The notes: generated by a model not told the origin, from the sequence alone. DNA of 64,000 nt from Candidatus Eiseniibacteriota bacterium (GCA_016235265.1 JACRLI010000015.1:133335-197334); one strand, 5' to 3'; counted from the first letter of the stretch, positions 19,238 to 29,789 are shown. Numbers and translations are program-made.

Positions 19238-20071
19238 CTAATCCTTGCGGTACCCGAGGCCTCGGCGAAAGGTGACCGGCCGGAACGCGCGGCTCACGCC
19301 GTGCAGCGATTCGGCCTTGCCCAGGAACAGGAACCCGCCGTCCCGCAGGCACTCGTAGAGCACCGCGGCGGCGCGCTTGCGCGAAGTCTCGGAGAAATAC
19401 ATCATCACGTTCCGGCAGAACACCGCGTCGGGCTCGGCCCGCTCCCCCGGCTCCAGCTCGAGCAGGTTCCCGGCCTCGAAGCTCACACCCTGCCTCCAGC
19501 GATCCCGCACCCGCAGCATGCCGGCGCGGTCCTCGAACAGCTGGGGCTTCACGGTTTCGGGCACGTCGCGCACCGCGGCGCCCCGGTATTCCCCGCGCCG
19601 GGCGTCGGCGACGCACCGCTCCGACAGGTCCCAACCCAGCACCTCCAGGCCCCGTTCCGACACCGCGTCGTCCTGCCCCAGCCGGTACCGCAGCGAGTAC
19701 GCCTCCTCGCCCGCCCCGCACCCCACGCTCCACACCCTCACCGGGCCTTCCCCGCCCAGCGGCGGGAGCACTTCCTCGACCAGCGCGTCCAGTTGTTCCG
19801 CCTCCCGGAAGAAGCCGCTCTCGTGGGGCGCGGCCAGGTCGCGAAGCTGGCGCAGTTCCTGCCCCGTCTCGTCGTACTTGAGTCTCAGCAGCAGGTCGTG
19901 GGCGCCCTGCGCGTCCACCGTCTTGAGCCGGCCCTGGAGCCGCTCCACCAGCAGCGGCAGCCGCGGGTCGGCGTAGTGCACGCCGGTGCTCTCGTGGATG
20001 AAGTCCCGCAGGGCCCCCCAGTCCTCGGGTGGCGCCACCAGGCGCTGCGGCGAGATCACCGGCACGAACAT
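19238..20071 (-). CDS. cheR: Chemotaxis protein methyltransferase CheR
   Basis: 277 aa; CheR N-terminal domain plus SAM-binding fold (VWSVGCGAGEEAYSL, CRNVMMYF). Confidence 0.88.
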   Translation of the reverse strand: MFVPVISPQRLVAPPEDWGALRDFIHESTGVHYADPRLPLLVERLQGRLKTVDAQGAHDLLLRLKYDETGQELRQLRDLAAPHESGFFREAEQLDALVEEVLPPLGGEGPVRVWSVGCGAGEEAYSLRYRLGQDDAVSERGLEVLGWDLSERCVADARRGEYRGAAVRDVPETVKPQLFEDRAGMLRVRDRWRQGVSFEAGNLLELEPGERAEPDAVFCRNVMMYFSETSRKRAAAVLYECLRDGGFLFLGKAESLHGVSRAFRPVTFRRGLGYRKD

Positions 20072-20437
20072 CTAGCCCGGCTCCCGGGCCAGCGCCTGCC
20101 GCACCCCCTCCACCAGCAGTTCCACGCGGAAGGGCTTCAGGAAGCACTGCACCGCGCCCGCCCCCATGACCTGGCGGACCAGCGCCGGGGTGCCGTGCGC
20201 GGTGATGGCGATCGCGGGCACGGCGCGCTTGCGCCGCGCCAGCCTGCGAATCAGGTTCACGCCCCCCAGGCCGGGCAGCCGCAGGTCGGCGATCACCAGG
20301 TCGCACGGCTCGCGCCGCAGCACCCGCAGGGCCTGTTCCGCGGAAGTCACGGTCACGGCCGCGAATCCCTCCTCCCCGAGCCGCTCCGCCAGGGCCCAGG
20401 CCGTGGCGCGCTCGTCCTCGACGATCAGAACTCTCAG
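20072..20437 (-). CDS. Response-regulator receiver-domain protein (start uncertain, possibly CTG)
   Basis: The conserved LRVLIVEDE...DLVIADLRLPGLGG...LKPF receiver fold begins about 80 nt upstream of the first canonical start (GTG at 20356). The in-frame stop is at 20501-20503. No ATG/GTG/TTG lies in the leader. Confidence 0.6.
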   Translation of the reverse strand: MRVLIVEDERATAWALAERLGEEGFAAVTVTSAEQALRVLRREPCDLVIADLRLPGLGGVNLIRRLARRKRAVPAIAITAHGTPALVRQVMGAGAVQCFLKPFRVELLVEGVRQALAREPG

Positions 20438-20505
20438 GTTGCCCCCACTCGCGTTGGCCAGCCCGCCCCGGGGAAGTCCGGATGCCAGCGTCCAGCAGCG
20501 CTAAG

Positions 20506-20520
20506 GCAATGCCTGTGCCA
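20506..20520 (-). promoter_or_regulatory. Sigma54 -24/-12 promoter upstream of the receiver-cheR-cheY-sigma_r4-AMIN/TPR-HK-RR operon
   Basis: Minus strand reads TGGCAC-AGGCA-TTGC; the in-frame stop of the receiver ORF lies just downstream, so this is the leader. Confidence 0.7.
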
Positions 20521-20666
20521 GATTTCGGGGTTGGGTGCGGGTTTGGAGGAGGGCTGTAACTGCTTGCGCGGCAAGCGGCTCAAATGCAGCGGGGGCGGCC
20601 GGTTTTGCCGCCCCCCGGAAAATGCTTCCGCCCCGGCGGGTGGGACCCGCCCGGGTCGGCAGATTC

Positions 20667-22053
<1,387 letters not shown>

Positions 22054-22079
<26 letters not shown>

Positions 22080-23580
22080 GGCGCTTCTCCAGGGGCAGCT
22101 CGAGGGTGATGGTGGTGCCCCGGCCGGGGGTGCTCTCGGCGGAGATGCTGCCGCCGTGCTCGTGAATGATGGACTGGCAGATCGCGAGGCCCAGCCCGGT
22201 CCCCGTGGCGCGGGTGGTGAAGAACGGGTCGAACAGGCGCGGCAGGTGCTCGGCCAGGATCCCCTCGCCGGTGTCCGACACCCGCAGGCGCACCACCGGG
22301 CGCGCCGCCGCCGGCGGACCCTGCGGCAGCAGGCTGTCCTCGGCGCGCCGCCCGCCGGTGCGGCGGATGAACGGCGGGCTCTCCGCGAGGCGCGCATCCA
22401 GCGTGAGCTTGCCGCCGCGGGGCATGGCCTCGAGGGCGTTGCGGAACACGTTGAGCAACACCTGGATGAGCTGGTCGCCGTCGGCGAACACCTCGGGCAG
22501 CGGATCCTGTTCCTGGAACTCGATCACCACGCCCTGCCGGCCGGCGGCGTCGGCCACCAGTGCGAGCGCCTTGCGCGCGCAGTCCGGCAGCGAGACGCGC
22601 CGCAGCGTGAGGGTCCAGGGGCGCGCGTAGTCTAGCAACCCTGAAACGATCCTGTCCAGCCGGTTGACCTCGTCCTGGATCACGTCCAGGAAGCGACGGC
22701 GGTCGTCGCCCTCCTCCAGCCGGTTGCGCAGCACCTGCGCGCTGGTCGCGATGCCCGCGAGGGGATTGCGGATCTCGTGCGCCACGCCCGCGGAGAGCTC
22801 GCCCAGCACCGCCAGGCGGTCGCGCCGGCGCGCCTGTTCCTGCGCGCGGCGCTCCTGGCTGCGGTCGGAGATCACCACCGCGTGGCCCGCACCGCGGCCC
22901 AGCGGAACCGCGCGCAGCACCAGCGCCAGGCTGTGTCCGGTGGGGTGCGGCGCGCGCACCTCGAGGGCCACCCCCGGCGCCAGGGGCCATGGGAACCCGG
23001 CGTCCTGGCCCAGGGCCGCCGCGAGCGGGAGCCCCACGAGGCCGGCCGCCGGCACGCCCAGGATGTGAGCCGCCGAATCGCTGGCCGCGGTGACCGCGCC
23101 GTCGCCGGCCACCGTGAGCAGACCCTCCTCCAGCAGCGCGCCCGCCACGGCCCAGGCGTGCGCGCGCCGCGCGGCGTCCCACGTCTCGAACGCCGACCGC
23201 GCGGCGGACGCGGCCACCCGCCGGAGCGCGGCGCGCCGGCCGGGCGGCAGCGCGGCCCGCACGCGCACCAGCAGCACGCACGCGCGCCACGGGTCCGAGG
23301 GCCGATGCAGTGGGAACGGGGAGCCGGAGCCGGGGACCGTCTCCGCCAGGGCGGCGCGCAGCGCGCGGCGGCCGGCGGCGTCCAGGCGGCGGTGCGCCAG
23401 CGCGGGCGCCAGGCCGGGAAGGCGCCACGCCACGCCGAATGCGGTGACCCCGCGTTCTCGGGCCAGCAGATCCATGACAGGTTCGAAGAGTCGGGCCGGG
23501 GCGGGGACGGGGATCGGGACGGCGCTGCGGGCGCTGCGGGAGGCTCGGGGCTTCGGGACGGACGGACGGCGTTCGGTCAC
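22054..23580 (-). CDS. Sensor histidine kinase (cytoplasmic, N-terminal sensing region plus HisKA/HATPase_c)
   Basis: 508 aa; H-box LSAGVAHEIRNPLAGI; N/G boxes LLNVFRNALEAM...DTGEGI...GTGLGLAI; overlaps the RR start by 26 nt; N-terminal start uncertain. Confidence 0.85.
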
Positions 23581-23602
23581 GGGCCCCTCACACGGTTGGC
23601 CT

Positions 23603-25621
23603 CTAGGGGAAGGAACTGGCCAGGTCGACCACCTCCCGCCACTCCGGGCGTTCGGCGCGGACGCGGTCGAGCGCGGCGCGCACTTCTTCGCCGCCCATCC
23701 GGCCCAGCGCGGTGATGGCCGCGCGCACGAGGTCCTCTTCGGGGCGCTCCAGCAGCGCGACCAACGGCCGCACCGCCTCCTGCACCCCCAGGGAGCCCAG
23801 CCCCCCCGCGGCCGCCACGGTCACCACCGTGGCGGGATCGCCCAGCGCGCGGACCAGCAGGTCGGGCACGCCCGGGTGGCCGCTCCCCGCGAGGGTGTTC
23901 ACGAGATGGTAGCGGACCCACGGATCCGGATCCTCCAGCATGCCCGTGAGCTGGGGGAACACCGCGTTCATGTCAATCGCCGCCAGGGCCTGCAGCGCCG
24001 ACTGGCGCACCCCGGCAGCCGGATCGCGCAGCACCGGGAGCAGCGGCTCCAGCGCCCGCGGGTCGCGCAGCCGCGCCAGGGAGACGGCCGCCGACTGGCG
24101 GACCATCTCGTCGCCGTGGTGCAGCGCCTCGAGCAGCGGCTCCAGCACCGCCTCGTCCCCGATGAAACCCAGCGCGGACACCGCGAGGCGGCGGCGCTCG
24201 GGGTCGGGGTGGTGCAGGTCCTCGTTCAGGCTGCGCACCACGTCGTCGCCGGAGAGCAGCACCAGCGCCCCGAGCGCGGACTCTCGCACCTCGGGCGCTT
24301 CATCGTCAAGCCGGGCGCGGAGCGCCGCGGCCGCCTCCGGAACCCGGAGCCAGCCCAGGGCGCGCGCGGCGCAGGCGCGCACCGCGGGGATGGGATCGGC
24401 CAGCAGCGCCACCAGCGGGGCGCCGTCGCCATCCCGGCCGCACTGGCCCAGCGCCAGCGCCGCGGCGGCGCGCAGCCGTTCGTCGTCGGAGGACAGCAGC
24501 TCGGACATGGCCTCCACCACCCGCGGGTCGGAGTGCGAAGCCAGCATCTCCAGGGCCAGGCAGCGGGCGGCCACGCCGGCTTCGCGCGCCACGCGCACCA
24601 GGTGCGGCACCACGTCGTCGGGGGTGCGCTCCAGCGCGCGCCGGGCCTGGTTGCGGATCTCCTCCACGGGGTCCTCCAGCCGCGCCGCCAGCACGGCGGT
24701 GACCGCCGTCGAGGGCGGGCACAGGGCCAGCACGCGGAGCGCCGCGAGGCGGATGTCCCACTCCTCGCACCCGGAGGCGTCCACCAGGTCGGGGACCATG
24801 AAGTCCAGGGAGCCGTCGGCGGCCTCGCCCACCGGGCCCTTCTCGAGCAGCCGGCTCACGGCGCGGATGATGGCGTGGCGCAGCGGCGCCGGCGCCCCCC
24901 GGTAGCCCGACATCAGCGGGCGCAGGGTGTCCGGCGAGCCCACCTGGCCCAGCGCGTTGGCCGCGGCGAAGCGCACCATCAGGTCGTCGTGGTCCAGGGA
25001 TTCCAGCAGCAGCGGCACGGCGCGCGGGTCCCCCTGGCGGCCGAGTGCCTCGGCCAGGGCGCAGCGCAGTTCGGGCCGCTCGCGGAATACGTCCATCAGG
25101 TGGGTGGCCACCTCGGCGCCGCGGAACTTGCCCAGCGACTCGGCGGCCGCGAAGGCCACGTTGGGGTCGGGGTCGCGCAGCCCGTGCACCAGCGTGGCGG
25201 CGGCCCGCGGGTCGCGCACCTCGCCCATCAGCTCGAGCGCGAACTTCCGCGTGCTGGGCTCGGCCGCGGCGGCCGCGCCCACCAGCACGCCCACCGCGTG
25301 CTCACCCAGGCCGGCCAGCGCGGAGCCCGCGCGGTTGCGCAGGCCCAGGTCGTTGGATCCCAGCAGCCCGCCCAGCGCGGCGGCGGTGTCCTGGCCCCCG
25401 CGCATGCGCAGCGCCTCGGCGGCGGTCTCCCGCACGCTCTGGCGCGGATCGGAGAGCAGGCCCACCAGCGCCGGCACCGCGCGGGAATCCCGGCACAGGC
25501 CCAGCCGCGACGCGGCGCGCCGGCGCACCCGGTCCTCGGGGCTCCCGGCCTCGGCCAGGAGCTGCTCGATGTCCGGGCCCGAACCGGCGATCACGCCGGG
25601 GATGTCCCTGCCCGGGGTCAC
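23603..25621 (-). CDS. HEAT-repeat (PBS-lyase type) protein, 672 aa
   Basis: At least 14 tandem repeats of about 31 aa of the form L..LL.D.D..VR..AA.ALG; begins 3 nt after the STAS gene stop. Confidence 0.8.
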   Translation of the reverse strand: MTPGRDIPGVIAGSGPDIEQLLAEAGSPEDRVRRRAASRLGLCRDSRAVPALVGLLSDPRQSVRETAAEALRMRGGQDTAAALGGLLGSNDLGLRNRAGSALAGLGEHAVGVLVGAAAAAEPSTRKFALELMGEVRDPRAAATLVHGLRDPDPNVAFAAAESLGKFRGAEVATHLMDVFRERPELRCALAEALGRQGDPRAVPLLLESLDHDDLMVRFAAANALGQVGSPDTLRPLMSGYRGAPAPLRHAIIRAVSRLLEKGPVGEAADGSLDFMVPDLVDASGCEEWDIRLAALRVLALCPPSTAVTAVLAARLEDPVEEIRNQARRALERTPDDVVPHLVRVAREAGVAARCLALEMLASHSDPRVVEAMSELLSSDDERLRAAAALALGQCGRDGDGAPLVALLADPIPAVRACAARALGWLRVPEAAAALRARLDDEAPEVRESALGALVLLSGDDVVRSLNEDLHHPDPERRRLAVSALGFIGDEAVLEPLLEALHHGDEMVRQSAAVSLARLRDPRALEPLLPVLRDPAAGVRQSALQALAAIDMNAVFPQLTGMLEDPDPWVRYHLVNTLAGSGHPGVPDLLVRALGDPATVVTVAAAGGLGSLGVQEAVRPLVALLERPEEDLVRAAITALGRMGGEEVRAALDRVRAERPEWREVVDLASSFP

Positions 25622-25623
25622 GT

Positions 25624-25944
25624 TCAGGCCGCCTGGTCCATGGACCGGTGCATGCCGAAGACGTGCGAAAGCTGGGTCAGCTCGAACACTTCCTGCACCT
25701 GCGGCTGCAGCGAGAGCAGGCGCAGCGTGGCGCGCCGCTCCCGGCAGCGCTTGAGGCAGGTGATGAGCGAGGCCAGCCCCGCGCTGTTGACGAACGGCAC
25801 CGCCCGCAGGTCGATGGCCACGTGGAGCCCGGACTGCGCCAGCGCGGAGATCTCCTCCACGAGGAGGTTGCCGGCCTCGCCGTCCAGGCGTCCCGAGACC
25901 TCCAGGACGACTCCGTTGGGCACTTGCGATTTCTTCAGTGTCAT
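25624..25944 (-). CDS. STAS-domain anti-sigma-factor antagonist (RsbV/SpoIIAA-like)
   Basis: 106 aa from ATG at 25944 (AAGGAG RBS). ...DLRAVPFVNSAGLASLITCLKR... has the conserved phosphorylatable Ser context of SpoIIAA-family proteins. Confidence 0.8.
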   Translation of the reverse strand: MTLKKSQVPNGVVLEVSGRLDGEAGNLLVEEISALAQSGLHVAIDLRAVPFVNSAGLASLITCLKRCRERRATLRLLSLQPQVQEVFELTQLSHVFGMHRSMDQAA

Positions 25945-25975
25945 CTCCCGCTCCTTGGGGTTTCGGGGTTGCCGG

Positions 25976-26443
25976 TCACCCGGCCTTGCGCATTTCCATT
26001 GCGCCGGGGCGCGTCTTCCACATCCGGACCCGGTTTTCACCCGGGCCGCGGACCACCTCCACGTTGTCCATCAGCCGCAGCATCAACGCCACCCCGCGCC
26101 CCCCCTCCAGCATCTCGCGGTTGCGTTCGGTGACGGACTGCAGGCGGCCCACGTCGAAGCCGTTCCCGCGATCCACCACGTCGAACCACACGCCGTCCTC
26201 GACGTCGCTCACCACCAGCTCCACGGTGCGGTCGGCCCGCCGGCTGTTGCCGTGCGTGATGGCGTTGTGCATCGCCTCGTTGACCGCCAGGTCGATCCGG
26301 AAGGTGTCCCTCCGGCTCCACCCGCTGGCGCGGAGGAATGTCCGCAGACCGTGGCTCACCCACGGCAGCATGGCCGGGTCGCTGGGCAGTTCCACCCGGA
26401 ACCAGTGTTGCGCCGCTCCCAGGCGGCCGGCGTCGCGGTTCAC
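25976..26443 (-). CDS. Anti-sigma regulatory factor / serine protein kinase (RsbW/SpoIIAB-like HATPase_c)
   Basis: About 155 aa from GTG at 26443 (GTGA overlap with the phosphatase stop). N-box AVNEAMHNAITHG, G-box VVDRGNGFD, GRGVALM motif. Confidence 0.75.
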   Translation of the reverse strand: MNRDAGRLGAAQHWFRVELPSDPAMLPWVSHGLRTFLRASGWSRRDTFRIDLAVNEAMHNAITHGNSRRADRTVELVVSDVEDGVWFDVVDRGNGFDVGRLQSVTERNREMLEGGRGVALMLRLMDNVEVVRGPGENRVRMWKTRPGAMEMRKAG

Positions 26444-27726
26444 TCCGCCCTCCCCACCAGCACGGTCAGGTCGTCCGAGACGCCCCCGGGCCCCGCGTAC
26501 AGCCGGACCTCCTCCACGATGCGCGCGGCCAGCTCCTTCACCGGCAGCCCGCGCGCGGCGCGCACGGTGGCCAGCAGCCGTTCCATCCCGAAGAGCGAGT
26601 CGTCGGGGCCGTGCGCCTCGGTCACCCCGTCGGTGTAGAACACCAGGAGATCGTCCGGCGCCAGCGTCACCTCGCCGGCCACGTAGGTCATCTCCGGGAA
26701 CTGGCCCAGCACGCCGCCCCGGGCGGTGAGCCAGGCCGGCTCGCCCTCGCGCGGCAGCCACAGCGCCGGGCAGTGCCCCGCGTTGGCGTAGCGAAAGGTC
26801 CGCGTGGCGGCTTCGTACAGCCCGTAGAAGAGCGTCACGAACACGGATGCGTAGCGCTCGGTGTCCTCGCACAGCGCCAGGTTGACGCCGCGCACCGCGC
26901 CCGCCGGGTCCGAGTGCAGCGCCGCCTCGCGGCGCACCAGGCTTCTCGTGGCCACCATGAACAGCGCCGCGGGCACGCCCTTGTCGGAGACGTCCGCCAC
27001 CACCACCCCCGCCGCGCCCCCCGGGCCGCGCACGAAATCGAAGTAGTCGCCCCCCACCTTGCCCATCGGGAAGTACGCGGTGGCCCAGCGGATGCCGGTG
27101 CCCTCCGGCTCGCGGCCGGGCAGCAGCGCCATCTGGACCTGCCGGGCGATGCCCAGCTCCCGCTCGAGCGCCTGCTTCTCGAGGTCCACCTGGTGCAGCC
27201 GGGCGTTCTCGATGGCCACGGTGGCCAGGCCCGCCAGCGCGCCCAGGCTGTCTGCGGCCGCGGCATCCAGGCCCTCGTAGGCCAGGTTGGCGATCACCAG
27301 CGCGCCGAGGGCGTGACCCTTGTGCCGCAGCGGAACCGCGACCAGCGACTCCAGGCTCACGCCCTGCGGCACGCTCTGGAAGCGCGGGTCGTGCAGGCAA
27401 TCCGGCGACCAGACCATCTCCCCGGTCCGCGTGACGCACTCGGGAACGGTCTCGCCTCCCTGGAGCCGCAGTTGCTCCAGCACGTCCCCTTCCAGGCCCC
27501 ATGCCACCCGCGCGTGCGGGGTCTCGGCCTCCAGCCACAGGCAGCCCACTTCGGCGCCCGCCATGTGCAGGGCCGCGTCCATCAGGGTGCTGAGGATCTG
27601 GTCCCGGTCGAAGGTGGAGGTGAGCAGCGCGGCCACATCCGTGAGTTCCCGGATGCGCGCCAGGCCCAGCTCCAGCTCCGCGCGGTCGTCCACGGCCGGC
27701 GCGGCCACCTTGATCGCCTGGAGCAC
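26440..27726 (-). CDS. GAF-domain PP2C-type serine phosphatase (RsbU/SpoIIE-like)
   Basis: 428 aa; N-terminal GAF; C-terminal PP2C/SpoIIE domain with metal-binding GGDYFDF...VADVSDKGVPAALFM...YTDGVTE. Confidence 0.85.
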   Translation of the reverse strand: MLQAIKVAAPAVDDRAELELGLARIRELTDVAALLTSTFDRDQILSTLMDAALHMAGAEVGCLWLEAETPHARVAWGLEGDVLEQLRLQGGETVPECVTRTGEMVWSPDCLHDPRFQSVPQGVSLESLVAVPLRHKGHALGALVIANLAYEGLDAAAADSLGALAGLATVAIENARLHQVDLEKQALERELGIARQVQMALLPGREPEGTGIRWATAYFPMGKVGGDYFDFVRGPGGAAGVVVADVSDKGVPAALFMVATRSLVRREAALHSDPAGAVRGVNLALCEDTERYASVFVTLFYGLYEAATRTFRYANAGHCPALWLPREGEPAWLTARGGVLGQFPEMTYVAGEVTLAPDDLLVFYTDGVTEAHGPDDSLFGMERLLATVRAARGLPVKELAARIVEEVRLYAGPGGVSDDLTVLVGRAE

Positions 27727-27748
27727 CGGCGCCCTCCCCCGCGGGCCG

Positions 27749-28612
27749 TCAGGCGGCCTGCGGGACCTCCGCGTCCGGCGTGCCCATCACTTCCTCCGCC
27801 TGCTTCCATTCCTTCTGGAACTCGACGGCCAGGTCCGCCGCGCGCTCGAAGGGCACGGTGGCCGCCTGCCACAGCGTGGCGTCCACGTCCGCCGCGGCCC
27901 GGCCCGCGTCCAGCGCGTGGGCCAGGGAATCCGCCAGCGCCACCAGGTGCACCAGCGGTTGGTGCTGCGCGTCCGCAGCGGCGGGTGAGTGGTGGTGAGT
28001 GATGGCCGCCACGATGACGTCGGGGAGCTTCCACTTGGTCGCCAGCCATCCACCCACCTCGCCATGCGAGGCACCCAGGAACTCCCGCTCGGCGTCGGAC
28101 GCGGAGTTCTGCCGCTCCTTCGCCGACGCCAGGGCCTCCTCGTATTCGACCGTGGCCACCACGTCGAGCACCAGCTTGCCCAGGTCGTGGACCAGGCCCG
28201 CGGACATCGCGGCTTCGCTGTCGCGGCCCACCGCGCGGGCCAGCACCCGGCCGCCCACGCCCACACCCAGCGAGTGCCGCCAGAACTCCTGGGGCTGGAA
28301 CGTCTTCGCCCCCGCGCCCGCGATCATGCGGTGCACGGAGGCGGACAGGGCCAGGCTGCGGATGGTGTTGAAGCCGAGCACCAGGGCGCACTGGGGCAGC
28401 GAGACCATCCCGTTGCGGCGGCCGAAGTACGCGGAGTTGGCCAGGCGCAGCATCCGGGCGGCGAGCGCCGGCTCCTGGCTGATCAGCTCGTTGAGCCGCG
28501 ACACGGAGGACTTGGGGTCGTCCACCGCCGCGATGATCTTGGTGACCACCACGGGGAGCGACGGCAGATTGGGAGTGCGCTCCACCTTCTGCTGGAGTTC
28601 GGCGAGTAGCAT
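27749..28612 (-). CDS. HDOD-domain signalling protein
   Basis: 287 aa; HDOD family (IIAAVDDPKSSVSRLNELISQEPALAARMLRLANSAYFG...LVHDLGKLVL...ITHHH). Confidence 0.8.
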   Translation of the reverse strand: MLLAELQQKVERTPNLPSLPVVVTKIIAAVDDPKSSVSRLNELISQEPALAARMLRLANSAYFGRRNGMVSLPQCALVLGFNTIRSLALSASVHRMIAGAGAKTFQPQEFWRHSLGVGVGGRVLARAVGRDSEAAMSAGLVHDLGKLVLDVVATVEYEEALASAKERQNSASDAEREFLGASHGEVGGWLATKWKLPDVIVAAITHHHSPAAADAQHQPLVHLVALADSLAHALDAGRAAADVDATLWQAATVPFERAADLAVEFQKEWKQAEEVMGTPDAEVPQAA

Positions 28613-28721
28613 TCGGGGAACTCTCCGAGGCCGGGGGCCTGGTGAAGGAGACTCTGGCTTTCAGGCGCCCCGGGGGCGCCCCGCACCGGCTCGGCCGGGT
28701 GCTCCGGTTCCGCGCACGGTC

Positions 28722-29042
28722 CTAGTGGGCCGGCTTGCGGAACGCGCTCAGGAGGGCCTCGACGATGGAGCCCCGGACCTCGGGACGCTCGTAGTAGCCC
28801 TCCTGGACGCGCTGCCGCGCCTGCTGCACCCGCTCCTCCCGGACATCCGGCACGTCCGCCGCCGCCCGCTTCACGGCCACCACGGCCTCGTGCACCCGCA
28901 GCTGGTCGCGGCCCTCCTCGGAGATGTCAATCTCGTCCGAGGACGGCCGGTCCGGCTTGCGGGAGGCGTCGCTGGCGGAAGCCTTGCGCGGGGGCTGGCT
29001 TCCCTCGGCGGCTCGGAACCGGTCGATCGGCGGAATCGGCAT
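28722..29042 (-). CDS. flgM: Anti-sigma28 factor FlgM
   Basis: 106 aa from ATG at 29042. C-terminal VREERVQQARQRVQEGYYERPEVRGSIVEALL matches the FlgM sigma28-binding helices. Confidence 0.75.
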   Translation of the reverse strand: MPIPPIDRFRAAEGSQPPRKASASDASRKPDRPSSDEIDISEEGRDQLRVHEAVVAVKRAAADVPDVREERVQQARQRVQEGYYERPEVRGSIVEALLSAFRKPAH

Positions 29043-29104
29043 GCTGGCTCTCTCCCGGGCGCTCGCGCCCGCGGGTGCGGTGAGTGTCGGGTTCGGCTTC
29101 GGCT

Positions 29105-29431
29105 TCAGGCGCTGCGCCGGCGCACGGGGTCTTTTCCCGCGTACCGGGAAGCGCATCGCTCCTGCATCTCCAGCGATTCCAGCTCGCGGGCCACCCGGTC
29201 CTGCTCCGTCACCACGGCGCGGTGGCAGAGCGCGAGCATCCGGGTGGCCGCCTCGGCCCAGCGCCTCGGCTCCGGGGCCGGGGCGCCGGCCGCGCGGAGG
29301 GCCCGGACGTGCTCATCGCACTCGGCGCCCGCCCGCGCGGCGGCCTGGAAGTCCATGCTCCGGAGAGCGGACCTCAGGCGCCGGGCGGAATCAAACAGTT
29401 CACGGGCCGGGTGGCGGGAAGTCTCAGGCAA
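29105..29431 (-). CDS. Hypothetical helical protein between flaG and flgM
   Basis: 108-aa ORF (MDFQAAARAGAECDEHVRALRAAG...), predicted helical. It sits where a chaperone-type gene is often found, but no family was recognised. Confidence 0.4.
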   Translation of the reverse strand: MPETSRHPARELFDSARRLRSALRSMDFQAAARAGAECDEHVRALRAAGAPAPEPRRWAEAATRMLALCHRAVVTEQDRVARELESLEMQERCASRYAGKDPVRRRSA

Positions 29432-29789
29432 CGCCGCCCTCGCCCGTGTCGGGTTCCTTCTCCTGTTCCTTGGCGTAGGCGCGCCGGATGCGAAGGGCCT
29501 CGTCCGTGGGGATCTGGCGCAGCACGTCGCCGCTGTCCTTGTCCACCACGCGGATGATGGTCTCCCGCAACTGCTGGTCCACGCTGAACATCACCCGCGT
29601 GCCCACCGGGGTGGGACCGGGCTGCTTCTCGCCGCCCTCCGGAGCCTGCCCCATCACGTGGGGCCGGACCGGCGCGCGGGTCGTGCCGGCATCATGCGTT
29701 CCGTCGCCGGACGCCGGTTCCGCCACGGCCCCGCTGTCCCACGTCGTGGGCATCGGGGTTCCGGGCTTGAGTGGTTCGATCGAGCTCAT
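29424..29789 (-). CDS. flaG: FlaG-family flagellar protein
   Basis: 121 aa from ATG at 29789 (GAGAGGA RBS). C-terminal VMFSVDQQLRETIIRVVDKDSGDVLRQIPTDEALRIRRA matches the FlaG family. Confidence 0.75.
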   Translation of the reverse strand: MSSIEPLKPGTPMPTTWDSGAVAEPASGDGTHDAGTTRAPVRPHVMGQAPEGGEKQPGPTPVGTRVMFSVDQQLRETIIRVVDKDSGDVLRQIPTDEALRIRRAYAKEQEKEPDTGEGGVA

